Of a stretch of 64,000 nucleotides of DNA, positions 46,349-59,864 are shown one piece after another; positions within the stretch are counted from its first letter, which is position 1; each line of letters opens with the position of its first letter. A program made the translations under genes and the position numbers. Origin of the DNA: Nemertoderma westbladi (taxonomy: Eukaryota; Animalia; Xenacoelomorpha); NCBI GenBank assembly GCA_032718475.1, contig JAUCBJ010008930.1, forward strand, positions 7,883 through 71,882. Reading direction: 5' to 3'. The notes under the pieces are model-generated. The model did not search any database. It had not been told where the DNA came from and saw only the letters and a list, made by a program, of their open reading frames with translations.

Positions 46349-47533
46349 CCCCTTAGAGCCTATGACCTCCAGTGCATGTCAACATGGACAACACTAAGAC
46401 GTGCAGTGGACGCCATGCTGCAATACATGTTTTATTGGAAGGCTCTTGGTCTAGGTATACTGGTGGACAGTATTAAAGACATTTAGTGCTCTTCATGGGA
46501 AAAAATCCATTCTGTACTGTAGATAGGCTGTATTGTAGACTGTACTATCAATGTTAGGTATATGGCGTAATGCCAACCACAGTACAGTAGTACAGACTGA
46601 CAGTAAGACCGACAGACAGACAGACTAGATTTATGTAAACGTGTAAACTGACATCAGAAATAAAATCAGCAACCCTTAAAACCCCTATAGCGGGAATGTT
46701 GGTTAGTTAGTATACTTTCTTAAGTTTTGACAGACTGACTGACAGAAAGACCGACAGCCAGACGGACTAGATTTATTAAACGTGAAAACTGACATCTGAA
46801 ATGAAATCAGCACCCATTAAAATCCCCATAACGAGAATGTTAGTTAGTTTGTATTCTTTTTTAAGTTTTGACAGACTGACTGACTGACAAAAAGACCGAC
46901 AGACCGACAAACAGACAGACTAGATTTATGTAAACCTGAAAACTGACATCAGAAATGAAATCAGCACCCCTTAAAACCCCCATAGCGAGAATGTTAGTTA
47001 ATTTGAATTATTTTTTACACTTTAAATTTTTTATAATTTTTTATTTTGACAGACTGACTAACAGAATGACCGACAGACAGACAGACTAGATTTATTTAAA
47101 CGTGAAAACTGACATCAGAAATGCAATCAGCCCCCCGCTAGCGAGAATGTTAGCGACAAGTTCTAATTATTAACCATATTTCGTAAGATATATTTTAAAA
47201 CATTATTTATTAATAATGCAATAACTGAATAACCAGATAACGGAAAGATAAACCGAATTGAAACTTTTAAATACTAATAATAATTGTGGTGAGAGGTGAT
47301 TGGAAATCAAGGATATATGTTATGTTATGGTAGGCACAGGCAAATGAATTGATGTCTGTTGAGATGTATTGAAGGAGCACTATTCCTTCTGCAAGACTAC
47401 TACAGTTATGTCCTTGTGTGCTAGCCTAGGCACTGGCTTGGTCAATGACTTTAGCTTGCCATGTTAATAATGTACAACTTCAAGAAATATTATTGGGCAC
47501 GGCTGCCCTTGCCATGCCTTAGGCTCTATGGGG
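46349..47533. mobile_element. piggyBac-like MITE related to 44509-45953
   Basis: ttaa|ccccttagagccta ... taggctctatgggg; four copies of the aaaactgacatcagaaatgaaatcag unit; the right TTAA is absent. Confidence 0.6.
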
Positions 47534-47828
47534 GAGAATGGAATCAGCGTATGAATTTACAATGTTAATTATGTTTAAATCAATGAAAAATACCTTTATT
47601 AACGCAAATCACTTGAAAAAATAAAAAACTATAATGGAATGGGGTACATGGATTCCAGATATCTAATTTCTGTGCAAAATAACTTTAATCGTATGGTGCT
47701 AAATAATTAATTTCCATGGAGAGACCGTTCAAAATGACTCAACCATACAATTTAGTTGAAGATATTAATTTAGATTATGGCTTCCGACATTTATGGCTTC
47801 CGACACACACACAGACTTTTGAAAAACG

Positions 47829-48195
47829 GCCATAGTATAATTATATCAGTTCGCGGATGGCTCGCCATTCGTGTCTCGCCCCACATTAAATACAACACCA
47901 TGCTTACTTATTTTTCACCTCTTACATATTTTTCACCTATCAGATTTACACATTTTGCACATGGACTGTACCTCTGCAGTGTCTGGCGGAATCCACAGCA
48001 ACGGAACCGACAGCCATAGTATAATTATATCAGTTCGCGGATGGCTCGCCATTCGTGTCTCGCCCCACATTAAATACAACACCATGCTTACTTATTTTTC
48101 ACCTCTTACATATTTTTCACCTATCAGATTTACACATTTTGCACATGGACTGTACCTCTGCAGTGTCTGGCGGAATCCACAGCAACGGAACCGAC
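47829..48195. repeat. Tandem duplication, 2 x 184 bp
   Basis: gccatagtataattatatcagttcgcgg starts at 47829 and 48013; the copies look identical. Confidence 0.95.
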
Positions 48196-48766
48196 ATTTG
48201 GTAACAAGACTCTCGGCACATGGTTTTCCTTATAAAGTCTGTGATAATTCAAAGCCATTCCACCCAATCACAAAGGACTGTAGTTCCAAATACTGCAATG
48301 ATGTATCTATAAATAGATACCATGTTCTTACTGCATTGCAAAAAATGTCCGTCTGTCGTCCAGCTTGGTGCCAAATCAGTTTAAGTTTAATTCACATTTT
48401 TTATAAACAGGTTCACTTTTTTATGTTTTGTTGTTTACACCAAATTTTAGATGACATTGTTTCAATTTACAGTATGCATACGTTATATATTTTATTAATA
48501 TAATAAATTTACTCCTCTCGGAGTGTATATATTTAAAAAAAGTGGTAGGTATAAATGAACATTTCATTTTTAGATTAAGCCCTCTAGCGGGAGAACATTG
48601 AACTAATCTCGAGTAGGTCTACTTAAATAATGAATGCCTCTGTCCCTCCATCCATCCCCATTTGCCCCCCAATACAGTTACAGTGTTACATTGAGTGCTA
48701 TGAGTTAACTCCAATATCACCCATCTATATGACCAGAGACTGTTCACCTTCTTATACTGATTGCAG

Positions 48767-48961
48767 TACGGGATTGCAGAACACTGGAAGGACCACGACC
48801 CAACTGGAACTGCGTCTTCCCATTCACCGACAATGGAAATGAGTACACCAACTGCGCTATTGAACCTAAAACCCAGCCATGGTGTGCAACTCAAGTAGAA
48901 AGCGGTGGGAATTTCATATCCAGTTCAGGGCATTGGGGTTTCTGTTCTAATCAATGTGAAG
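48767..48961 (+). CDS. Fibronectin type II domain exon (phase 1-1) of a host gene
   Basis: ttgcag| ... |gttggt; 195 bp; RDCRTLEGPRPNWNCVFPFTDNGNEYTNCAIEPKTQPWCATQVESGGNFISSSGHWGFCSNQCE (C.FPF..G..Y..C, PWCAT, WG.C). Not in the ORF track. Confidence 0.85.
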
Positions 48962-49038
48962 GTTGGTGGGTTTATTTAATACAGTACAACACATAATGAT
49001 ACAGCAGTACCCATGTCAATGTCTGACCCTGTCAACCC

Positions 49039-49918
49039 TGACAGGGTATTGCCTTTTTTAATGACATGGTTTTCTGGTCGCAGAATTCATTTCGAGTGCT
49101 AGTTTTAACATTTTCAGGACTTTCAAATTGTCTGTTTGGCTTTTAGTCTGTCGGTTATATTATGACGGACAGACTGACAGGCATACAGACAAAAATGACG
49201 ATTTTGAATAATGACATCAGAAATGAAATCCGGACCCCAAAAACCCATATAGGAAATTTTTTTGACAGATAAGTATGCTTTTTATTGACGGACAGACATA
49301 ATGACGGACAGACCGACAGTCAAACGGATAGTCAGTCATATCTCGAGAAGGACGGACCAGTGCAGTAACCTGATACACATAATAAATAAACAATAACAAC
49401 AATAAAAATATAATATAAAGCGATAACTTACTGAATCCATCGTTACATATATCACAAGACGACTGTCAATTCTTAAACATATCTTTTTGACTAGATTCAC
49501 AATTACCTTCGGACGTCATGGCAGCGCAAGTTATCATGTTGTCTTCATCTTCACTACAAGCTGATAAATATTATATAAAATATTATAAATAAATAAATGA
49601 ATAATATTATAAATTTATAAAAAATAAATAACATTATAGGTTGTGGCAACCATACATAAGCCATGGCCTTACTAGTAACAACTATTAACTCTTAACAACA
49701 TTGCCAAATGAATGGCCTAGTTGTATCAGAAATAACTAATTAATGTGCACAATGCATTCAAATATGCACAGTAACAATATACAAACAAAAGTAAATAAAA
49801 GACGAGGCTTACATTACCGTCTGAATGAATATGAATATCTCTTTATTTTTTCCACATTAAGGTAATAGATGAAATAAAAGCAAAAAAAACAAAGCTATGC
49901 CAAAGCAATACCCTGTCA
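49039..49918. mobile_element. MITE with 14-bp TIRs
   Basis: tgacagggtattgc ... gcaataccctgtca; carries the tgacatcagaaatgaaatc motif shared with the 44.5-47.5 kb MITEs. Confidence 0.6.
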
Positions 49919-49919
49919 T

Positions 49920-51330
49920 TATTGAGGAGCTTTTCAAAGTGGGCCTTCCAACCATTGAGGCGATCGGCTGGTGATTCAGCCTCAACCTTGGTGGTTGGTT
50001 GGCTTTTCCGACCACTAAGCAAGTTGATCGATTTCCATGCCTGGGATGATTGCCTGCTGTCGTCGCAACATTGATGGCATCAACCTGTTGGTTTATTAGC
50101 TCCTGTAGATTAACAGAGTACTGCCTATTCTGGGACCTACATGCGGCCTTAACTGCATTATTGGCCGCTGTAGTCTGTTTGAGTCGGGACTCATTCTACG
50201 CCTTATGAAGGTCATTTCGGCACTTCTGAATTTTGTTGTCAGTCCAGGGGACCCTTTTCCCTTTTCGAGGGTATACAGGAACTGTTTCTGCAGCTGCTAA
50301 CATAACTGCTTCTGTGAAGGCAGTATAGCCCTCACAGTGATCTGCCGCCTCAGAGGCAAGAACCTCATACCTGTTGCTCAGCTGTAGTGTGAAGCTGAAT
50401 CTCACACTTGGCTGTTGCAACAGAGAGGACCAGTCATGCCGCGGCAAGGCATATTTCGTTGTTCTGCTAACATGCAGACTAAGTCTTACCTTGGCCACAA
50501 TAAGGCGGTGATCACTGGAGAAGGGTCGAAATGTAAATGCATTACAGTCTTGTATAGAGCTCCTGTATTTCCTACGAAACAGAATATGGTCTATCTGGGA
50601 CTTGTGACCACTGGGTCCACAGCTTTCCAGTTCGCTTCTTGAACTGCGTTCCAGCCGAAAACAATCCATTTCCAGATATAAAATCCTGAAGATGGACGGA
50701 ATTTCGGTTAACACTATTGCTATAGACCCAGGGCGATATAGGAGATTGATGCAGACTTGCATTAAAGTCTCCCAGGAATGTTAATAATGCATGCTGATCC
50801 ACTCCATCAGTAGTTGCTTGTAGATTGTGGTAGAAATTGTCCACCTACAGGGGCAACACTAGTTGGAGAGTAGCACACAATCAGAACCACCTTAGGAAAC
50901 TTCTTAGCCAGTCTTCCAGAACATGAGAAGTGACAACGGATGATGTGGTTAGAGATTTGGTCTATTTTGTCCAATGCTGCATGTGCAGTTGGATTCATCA
51001 ATAGACCAATTCCACTATCATCTGCTTAAGTGAGCCTGATCGCCAACCGCCCGCCTCCCATGTCCTTAATCAGAACCTCATCAGTCTGTCCAGTCTGCAT
51101 TCTGTGGTCTTGAACACCCACTGCGCTAAGAGAAAGCTTATCTGCCAAGGCAGTCAGCTCACCTTGGCGCATTGGGGACCCGAGTGTTAGAGTGTTTACT
51201 GAGGCTAGTCTAGTGACTTGCTTCAGATTCACCAATTGCTTTGTTGGTCGGGGTGGAACATGAGAGTAGCCTCCAACTCCAGAATCCCTCGTACAAGAAA
51301 ACCTTTGTGGTACAAGATCGTAATTCTTTT
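49920..51330 (-). mobile_element. Degenerate RTE-like LINE, APE region
   Basis: LASVNTLTL, VGVQDHR, VCYSPT, LGDFNA, KLWT, SQIDHIL, SDHRLIVAKVRLSL spread over several frames. Confidence 0.85.
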
Positions 51331-51945
51331 GTAAAAACCATACAATTAAAATATAGTTGTTTTTCTCAAAGCAAGTGTTAACCGTATGCCAACCTTAAAG
51401 CCATCACATATGAGATACCTTTGTCACCTGAGAGATCAAATTGTGACACAACATCAAAGATCTCAAACTCAAAATCGAAAATTTAGAGAATTCAGTTAGA
51501 GAATTCCCCGTTTTGTAAGTCAGACTACATTCCAATAAGACCAGTAGCACTTAGCAGTAATATAGTGAACGCCCCCCTACTGTGGTCAATTAGGCTCCCT
51601 TTTCCAAGTAACAATGCAATATTTAGAGACACTGCTAAAGAAAGGTTATTTATGTAATATTTATATAAGAAAGGCTGATTATTGAGTAATGAATTAAGGT
51701 TATAAAACAGGTGTAGCTGGAGTATGTCTCCATCTGCACAATAATGTTTTCGTTGTACACAGACCTGGGAAGGGATAATGTGAATTCTATCTGGTCTGGC
51801 GGGCTGGCACTAATGTAACTTCAACACAGTGACGCACGCCTGAGGGGACTTTTTCAATATGGAATAATACCGCAATACCGGTATGTGCTCCTACCAACGT
51901 TTGAAACTACTACTAGGATCGGCATGCTGCATTGCAGCTGCATTT

Positions 51946-52230
51946 TTAAGAATGCTCTGCCGGCTTGTTGACAAAATTGCGCCGCCACAACTCCCTATCA
52001 CCCATGACATTTGCTAGATCATCCGCATCTTCAAGGCCAGTGTCCTTTAAGATGCATCTCAAGAAAGTCATGGGCTGCCCACCATGCTTATTCACTCCAT
52101 GAGGCTGCCAAAGTACAAGATTAGGCACTGACTGGTCCTCACGGCGAAAGCAATGTCCTGCAAAGCGGAGGTGATTTGTTCTAGTGTCAAGCTTGGGGGA
52201 CGCACAGAGCAACACGGGAGCATCACGGGG
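51946..52230 (-). mobile_element. 3' end fragment of an RTE-like LINE ORF
   Basis: LRFAGHCFRRED...LVLWQP...G.P...DTGL...MGDRELWR. Confidence 0.75.
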
Positions 52231-52399
52231 AGCAACACGGCCCAATATTCCAGAAATAACAGGTATCTACACATTTTTCTAGGACATAGCTTAACATGAA
52301 GATGCTAAGGCTTGCCTTACAAAAGTCCGTAAAATATACAGCTGATATCAGATTAGTACCACATCTGAAAGCATTCTTCTTTTTTACATGTCTAATGTT

Positions 52400-53463
52400 G
52401 GATAGGTCTAATTAAGGACAATACTATTGTATTGAGGACAACAGTCAAAAAGACCTACCAACAGTCTGAAAAACTCACCAACAGTCAGAAAGCAATTCCA
52501 GATAGTCTACCAACAGTCAAGGGCTTTAAAAAATTTCCGATTATCTAAATAGGATTCCTTTAATTCGAAATAATCAAAATAATATCAACTGATAGCCGTA
52601 ACTCAGGAAATTACGTCATTCTGTAGTACTGTACTCTGTTGCAGTAGGCCTACCGAGCTGACAGTTGTTTAACACAGTATTATGGAGTCCAGGAACGGCA
52701 TGGACGTTTGTCTGATCGCTTCTGAAAGTCAAAAAACCTGCCAACGGCTATAAGCATTAGGCTTATTAAATCATGTTAGTTTGCAGTATACTGACACAAG
52801 TCAACACGCATTGCAGCATTTTGGATTATGATGCGACAGAATACCCGATGCCGGCATCCAGGCATCCTACGAATTCGTACCGCAATATTTTACAATCGCA
52901 TAATTACATATCGCCATCAACATAGCCTCAATATTATTAGGAAATGTATTCGAAAAAAAAAGTACCCAGTACCGGTGCTACTAGTATGATAAAATAACAG
53001 TCTGTCGCAACGTAATCCGGTAATTTGTACAATAATTTGCACAATAATTACACAATAATTTGTGTCGGTAGCGCAAACTAAAACCGGTAATCGTTATATA
53101 ATATATAACCGTTGGCAGGTTTTTTGGACTTTCAGAAGCGATCAGACAAAGGTCCATGCCATTGTTCCCGGATTCCATAATACTGTGTTAAACAACTGTC
53201 AGCTCGGTAGGCCTACTGCAGTACAGAGTACAGTACTACAGAATGACATAATTTCCTTAGTTACGGCTCAGCTGATATTATCTTCACGATTTCGAATTTA
53301 AGGAATCCTATTTATTAGATAATCGGAAATTTTTTGAAGCCCTTGTTTGTTGGCAGACTATCTGGAACTGTTTTCTGACTGTTGGTGAGTTTTTCAGACT
53401 GTTGTTAGGTCTTTTTGACGGTTGTCCTCAATACATTAGTATTGTCCTTAATTAGACCTATCC
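52400..53463. mobile_element. Mutator-like foldback MITE with roughly 350-bp TIRs
   Basis: Long inverted arms 52400 to about 52750 and about 53105-53463; 9-bp TSD tctaatgtt on both sides. Confidence 0.9.
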
Positions 53464-53650
53464 TCTAATGTTGGACAATTTATTCATATTCATACCATAT
53501 TCATCAAGAGGGATACACTGGATATATTACAGTGACATACCGGTTGGTACTTAAAAATGTGAAACTGCATTTTTTCACATCCTTTTCATATTCCCTTGAA
53601 GTTCAGAGAATTACAACACAATCATAAAAGTATCATGTTTCCGTGTTTAG

Positions 53651-53848
53651 ATATATGCTATACTGATTCTGGAACTGATGCATACAAGTTTTGCGCTTTT
53701 CCGTTCAACTACTTTGGAGTCCAATACACTAAATGTACAACAGTTGGAGAAACTCAACCTTGGTGCCCCACTGAACTGACTGCAGGAGCTTTTATTCCAG
53801 GTTCCGGAAAGTGGGGTTACTGTGTGTCTGATACAGATATATGTGATG
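53651..53848 (+). CDS. Second fibronectin type II domain exon (phase 1-1)
   Basis: gtttag| ... |gtaggt; 198 bp; ICYTDSGTDAYKFCAFPFNYFGVQYTKCTTVGETQPWCPTELTAGAFIPGSGKWGYCVSDTDICD. Confidence 0.88.
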
Positions 53849-54599
53849 GTAGGTGATATTGTATTTAGTCAACTAAATAATATATTATGCATATTTTTTT
53901 TATTTTAATTGTTATTCATCAGATCTAGGCCGAAAACCTAACATCACAAAGGACTCAAAATCCAATATTTATACAATCAAGTATGTCACGCATACAATCA
54001 GTTTTGGTGTTGAAATCAATAACTTTATTTTTGAAATCAATCAGTTTATTATTGATATCAATCAGCTTACATTGAATTACTTACATGAAATTCTGTTAAT
54101 TATTAATTAAAATTTATTAAAATTTGATTAATTATTATTAATAGTACATGTAAAGATCAAATTTATAATATATATAGTATTATATAATAATAGTAATAAT
54201 AATACTCTTTTTTTTCTCCATATACTCAATTTAAAACCATTGCACAAACGCCCAGGTAAAAACTGAGGTCACAGCAGGTACATAATTGGGAGGAGTAAAA
54301 GCGTCAGTGGGGCTCTGTCAGTACAGCAGTAGTAACTACTGTACATTACGCTACATTATTATAATACTGGATAAATCAATAATATATAACATATAATTAC
54401 GATGAACGGAATTCACACTGAATTTTGAATAATAAGTGAATTATGTAATTACGTATTATAATTACGTTTTCGCATCTCTCTCATGTGTTTTTTTATGTTA
54501 CGAATTTCTTTATGTAGGCCGTTCCAGATACGTGGTTGTACTGACTATAAATCTGTAGAATGCTATGCTATGTTTTGTTGTTGGAATTTTGATGTTATT

Positions 54600-55390
54600 G
54601 GTCCTAGGATTGAGTGTGTTTGTGTTATTATTACTTAGAAATGGCAGACTAATTTGTTGAAATGGTTTGCTTATTCAATATTTATTTGTATAAAAAAAAT
54701 TAATTGCAAATTTCTTACGAGTAGCGTAAATATAGAGTTGGTAATTTTGATTTTGTCCACAGATGTTTTCCTGACATATCTCTAATTTTTTACAAACCCG
54801 CAACCCATAATATTCTATTTTTTCAAGATTATACAGAGAAAATTTGAAGCCATGTCTGTCGTGTAAAGAAACTAGTAGTTCACAGCAGTAGTTATATATG
54901 TTAAGTTTGAACTGGACTATGTTAGCTGACCCTTTATTTGGCGTATAGCTGATATTGCGTGATTTATTTTGGACGAGATTTCTTTGATATGTTCCCTCCA
55001 TTCCAAAAAAAAATTTATTGATAAAGATTCCCAAGTATTTTATTTTTTCCGGTTGTTTATTTATGATTTTTGTTGATGTTAAGTTATTATTTTTAGAGAT
55101 ATTATTATTATTTTTTAGGTTTAAAGTGATATTACCGGAATCAGGTGTAATTTTATGTAGTGTTATTAGCATGAATTCTGTTTTTGCATTATTCAATTTT
55201 AGGTTGAGAGCATTTAGTTCAGTTTCGATTTGTTTAATTTCTAAGGCTAAGAATTGAGTCGCTTCTTGTGGGTTTTTATGAGAGCAATATGTAAGGGTAT
55301 CATCTTCATATTGCATTATTTTTATATTAATAAGTATTCCTATTGATTTTACATATATTAGGAACAAGATGGGACCCGGGGAAATTGAAA
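54600..55390 (-). pseudogene. Highly decayed LINE RT fragment (CR1/Jockey-like)
   Basis: GPILFLIYV, YEDDT (from YADDT), LKLNNAKTEFM, KYLGIFI. Confidence 0.7.
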
Positions 55391-55530
55391 CGGGGGTGTA
55401 AAAAGCTATGTATATTGTATAAGTCTGGTAGCGGAGCTGTGAAATCCTATATCGTTTAGTTTGTATGTTGCAAGATGAAATCAGCCCTTTCATGCCCGTC
55501 ATCAGTTACCTAGACAACCAGAGTGCCAAA

Positions 55531-58500
55531 ACTGATTGAATGTGTTTACTGATTGAATGTGTTTACAGATTGGATGTGTTTACTGATTGAATGTGTTTAC
55601 TGATTGAATGTGTTTACTGATTGAATGTGTTTACTGATTGAATGTGTTTACTGATTGAATGTGTTTACTGATTGAATGTGTTTACTGATTGAATGTGTTT
55701 ACTGATTGAATGTGTTTACTGATTGAATGTGTTTACAGATTGGATGTGTTTACTGATTGAATGTGTTTACTGATTGAATGTGTTTACTGATTGAATGTGT
55801 TTACTGATTGAATGTGTTTACTGATTGAATGTGTTTACTGATTGAATGTGTTTACTGATTGAATGTGTTTACTGATTGAATGTGTTTACTGATTGAATGT
55901 GTTTACTGATTGAATGTGTTTACTGATTGAATGTGTTTACTGATTGAATGTGTTTACTGATTGAATGTGTTTACTGATTGAATGTGTTTACTGATTGGAT
56001 GATTTTACTGATTGAATGTGTTTACTGATTGAATGTGTTTACTGATTGAATGTGTTTACTGATTGAATGTGTTTACTGTTTGAATGTGTTTACTGATTGA
56101 ATGTGTTTACTGATTGAATGTGTTTACTGATTGAATGTGTTTACTGATTGAATGTGTTTACTGATTGAATGTGTTTACTGATTGAATGTGTTTACTGATT
56201 GAAAGTGTCTACTGATTGAATGTGTTTACTGATTGAATGTGTTTACGGATTGAATGTGTTTACTGATTGAATGTATATACTGATTGAATGTGTTACTGAT
56301 TGAATGTGTTTACTGATTGAATGTGTTTACTGATTGAATGTGTTTACTGATTGAATGTGTTTACTGATTGGATGTTTTTACTGATTGAATGTGTTTACTG
56401 ATTGAATGTGTTTACTGATTGAATGTGTTTACTGATTGAATGTGTTTACTGATTGGATGTTTTTACTGATTGAATGTGTTTACTGATTGAATGTGTTTAC
56501 TGATTGAATGTGTTTACTGATTGAATGTGTTTACTGTTTGAATGTGTTTACTGATTGAATGTGTTTACTGATTGAATGTGTTTACTGATTGAATGTGTTT
56601 ACTGATTGAATGTGTTTACTGATTGAATGTGTTTACTGTTTGAATGTGTTTACTGAATGAATGTGTTTACTGATTGAATGTGTTTACTGATTGAATGTGT
56701 TTACTGATTGAATGTGTTTACAGATTGGATGTGTTTACTGATTGAATGTGTTTACTGATTGAATGTGTTTACTGATTGAATGTGTTTACTGATTGAATGT
56801 GTTTACTGATTGAATGTGTTTACTGATTGAATGTGTTTACTGATTGAATGTGTTTACTGATTGAATGTGTTTACTGATTGAATGTGTTTACTGATTGAAT
56901 GTGTTTACTGATTGAATGTGTTTACTGATTGAATGTGTTTACTGATTGAATGTGTTTACTGATTGAATGTGTTTACTGATTGGATGATTTTACTGATTGA
57001 ATGTGTTTACTGATTGAATGTGTTTACTGATTGAATGTGTTTACTGATTGAATGTGTTTACTGATTGAATGTGTTTACTGATTGGATGATTTTACTGATT
57101 GAATGTGTTTACTGATTGAATGTGTTTACTGATTGAATGTGTTTACTGATTGAATGTGTTTACTGATTGAATGTGTTTACTGATTGAATGTGTTTACTGA
57201 TTGAAAGTGTCTACTGATTGAATGTGTTTACTGATTGAATGTGTTTACGGATTGAATGTGTTTACTGATTGAATGTATATACTGATTGAATGTGTTACTG
57301 ATTGAATGTGTTTACTGATTGAATGTGTTTACTGATTGAATGTGTTTACTGATTGAATGTGTTTACTGATTGGATGTTTTTACTGATTGAATGTGTTTAC
57401 TGATTGAATGTGTTTACTGATTGAATGTGTTTACTGATTGAATGTGTTTACTGATTGGATGTTTTTACTGATTGAATGTGTTTACTGATTGAATGTGTTT
57501 ACTGATTGAATGTGTTTACTGATTGAATGTGTTTACTGTTTGAATGTGTTTACTGATTGAATGTGTTTACTGATTGAATGTGTTTACTGATTGAATGTGT
57601 TTACTGATTGAATGTGTTTACTGATTGAATGTGTTTACTGATTGAATTTGTTTACTGATTGAATGTGTTTACTGATTGAATGAGTTTACTGATTGAATGT
57701 GTTTACTGATTGAATGTGTTTACAGATTGAATGTGTTTACAGATTGAATGTGTTTACTGATTGAAGGTGTTTACTGATTGAATGTGTTTACTGATTGAAT
57801 GTGTTTACTGATTGAATGTGTTTACTGATTGAATGTGTTTACTGATTGAATTTGTTTACTGATTGAATGTGTTTACTGATTGAATGAGTTTACTGATTGA
57901 ATGTGTTTACTGATTGAATGTGTTTCCTGATTGAATGTGTTTACTGATTGAATGTGTTTTCTGATTGAATGTGTTTACTGATTGAATGTGTTTACTGATT
58001 GAATGGGTTTACTAATTGAATGTGTACTGATTGAATGTGTTTACTGATTGAATTTGTTTACTGATTGAATGTGTTTACTGATTGAATGAGTTTACTGGTT
58101 GAATGTGTTTACTGATTGAATGTGTTTACTGATTGAATGTGGTTACTGATTGAATGTGTTTACTGATTAAATTTTTTTTCTGGTTGAATGTGTTTACTGA
58201 TTGAATGTGTTTGCTGAATGAATGTGTTTACTGATTGAATGTGTTTACTGATTGAATGTGTTTACTGATTGAATGTGTTTACTGATTGAATGTGTTTACT
58301 GATTGAATGTGTTTACTGATTGAATGTGTTTACTGATTGAATGTGTTTACTGATTGAATGTGTTTACTGATTGAATGTATTTACTGATTGAATGTGTTTA
58401 CTGATTGAATGTGTTTACTGATTGAATGTGTTTACTGATTGAATGTGTTTACTGATTGAATGTGTTTACTGATTGAATGTGTTTACTGATTGAATGTGTT

Positions 58501-59621
58501 TTTACTGATTGAATGTGGTTACTGATTGAATGTGTTTACTGATTGAATGTGGTTACTGATTGAATGTGTTTACTGATTGAATGTGTTTACTGATTGAATG
58601 TGTTTACTGATTGAATGTGTTTACTGTTTGAATGTGTTTACTGAATGAATGTGTTTACTGATTGAATGTGTTTACTGATTGAATGTGTTTACTGATTGAA
58701 TGTGTTTACTGATTGAATGTGTTTACTGATTGAATTTGTTTACTGATTGAATGTGTTTACTGATTGAATGAGTTTACTGATTGAATGTGTTTACTGATTG
58801 AATGTGTTTACAGATTGAATGTGTTTACAGATTGAATGTGTTTACTGATTGAAGGTGTTTACTGATTGAATGTGTTTACTGATTGAATGTGTTTACTGAT
58901 TGAAAGTGTTTACTGATTGAATGTGTTTACTGATTGAATTTGTTTACTGATTGAATGTGTTTACTGATTGAATGAGTTTACTGATTGAATGTGTTTACTG
59001 ATTGAATGTGTTTCCTGATTGAATGTGTTTACTGATTGAATGTGTTTTCTGATTGAATGTGTTTACTGATTGAATGTGTTTACTGATTGAATGGGTTTAC
59101 TAATTGAATGTGTACTGATTGAATGTGTTTACTGATTGAATTTGTTTACTGATTGAATGTGTTTACTGATTGAATGAGTTTACTGGTTGAATGTGTTTAC
59201 TGATTGAATGTGTTTACTGATTGAATGTGGTTACTGATTGAATGTGTTTACTGATTAAATTTTTTTTCTGGTTGAATGTGTTTACTGATTGAATGTGTTT
59301 GCTGAATGAATGTGTTTACTGATTGAATGTGTTTACTGATTGAATGTGTTTACTGATTGAATGTGTTTACTGATTGAATGTGTTTACTGATTGAATGTGT
59401 TTACTGATTGAATGTGTTTACTGATTGAATGTGTTTACTGATTGAATGTATTTACTGATTGAATGTGTTTACTGATTGAATGTGTTTACTGATTGAATGT
59501 GTTTACTGATTGAATGTGTTTACTGATTGAATGTGTTTACTGATTGAATGTGTTTACTGATTGAATGTGTTTTTACTGATTGAATGTGGTTACTGATTGA
59601 ATGTGTTTACTGATTGAATGT
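55531..59621. repeat. Minisatellite, about 240 x 17 bp (actgattgaatgtgttt)
   Basis: Directly visible; 4.09 kb; scattered variant units. Confidence 0.99.
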
Positions 59622-59864
59622 TTTTTTTACAACTTTACAAGCCTCATTTATTCACAAAATAATAAAAACCTTCAGAAATACAAACACAATTATAGGCACT
59701 ATAACAAACAATTAAAAACAGTAATTACAGAAACGCGGGAAATTTAAAAAACAATTGTACAACCACCACCAGCTGTATTTGACGGCTGCCTAGCAACCAG
59801 ATTGCTATTTAAACAGTATGTACTGCTGTACTGTGTACTGCACTGCCTACCACTGCACTGCCAT

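Noticed and set aside
47777-48503. 210-aa and 80-aa ORFs
   Set aside because: By-products of the 184-bp tandem duplication; no domain features.
55531-59621. CRISPR-like array or telomere
   Set aside because: Head-to-tail units with no spacers, eukaryotic context, no G-rich telomeric motif, and internal position.
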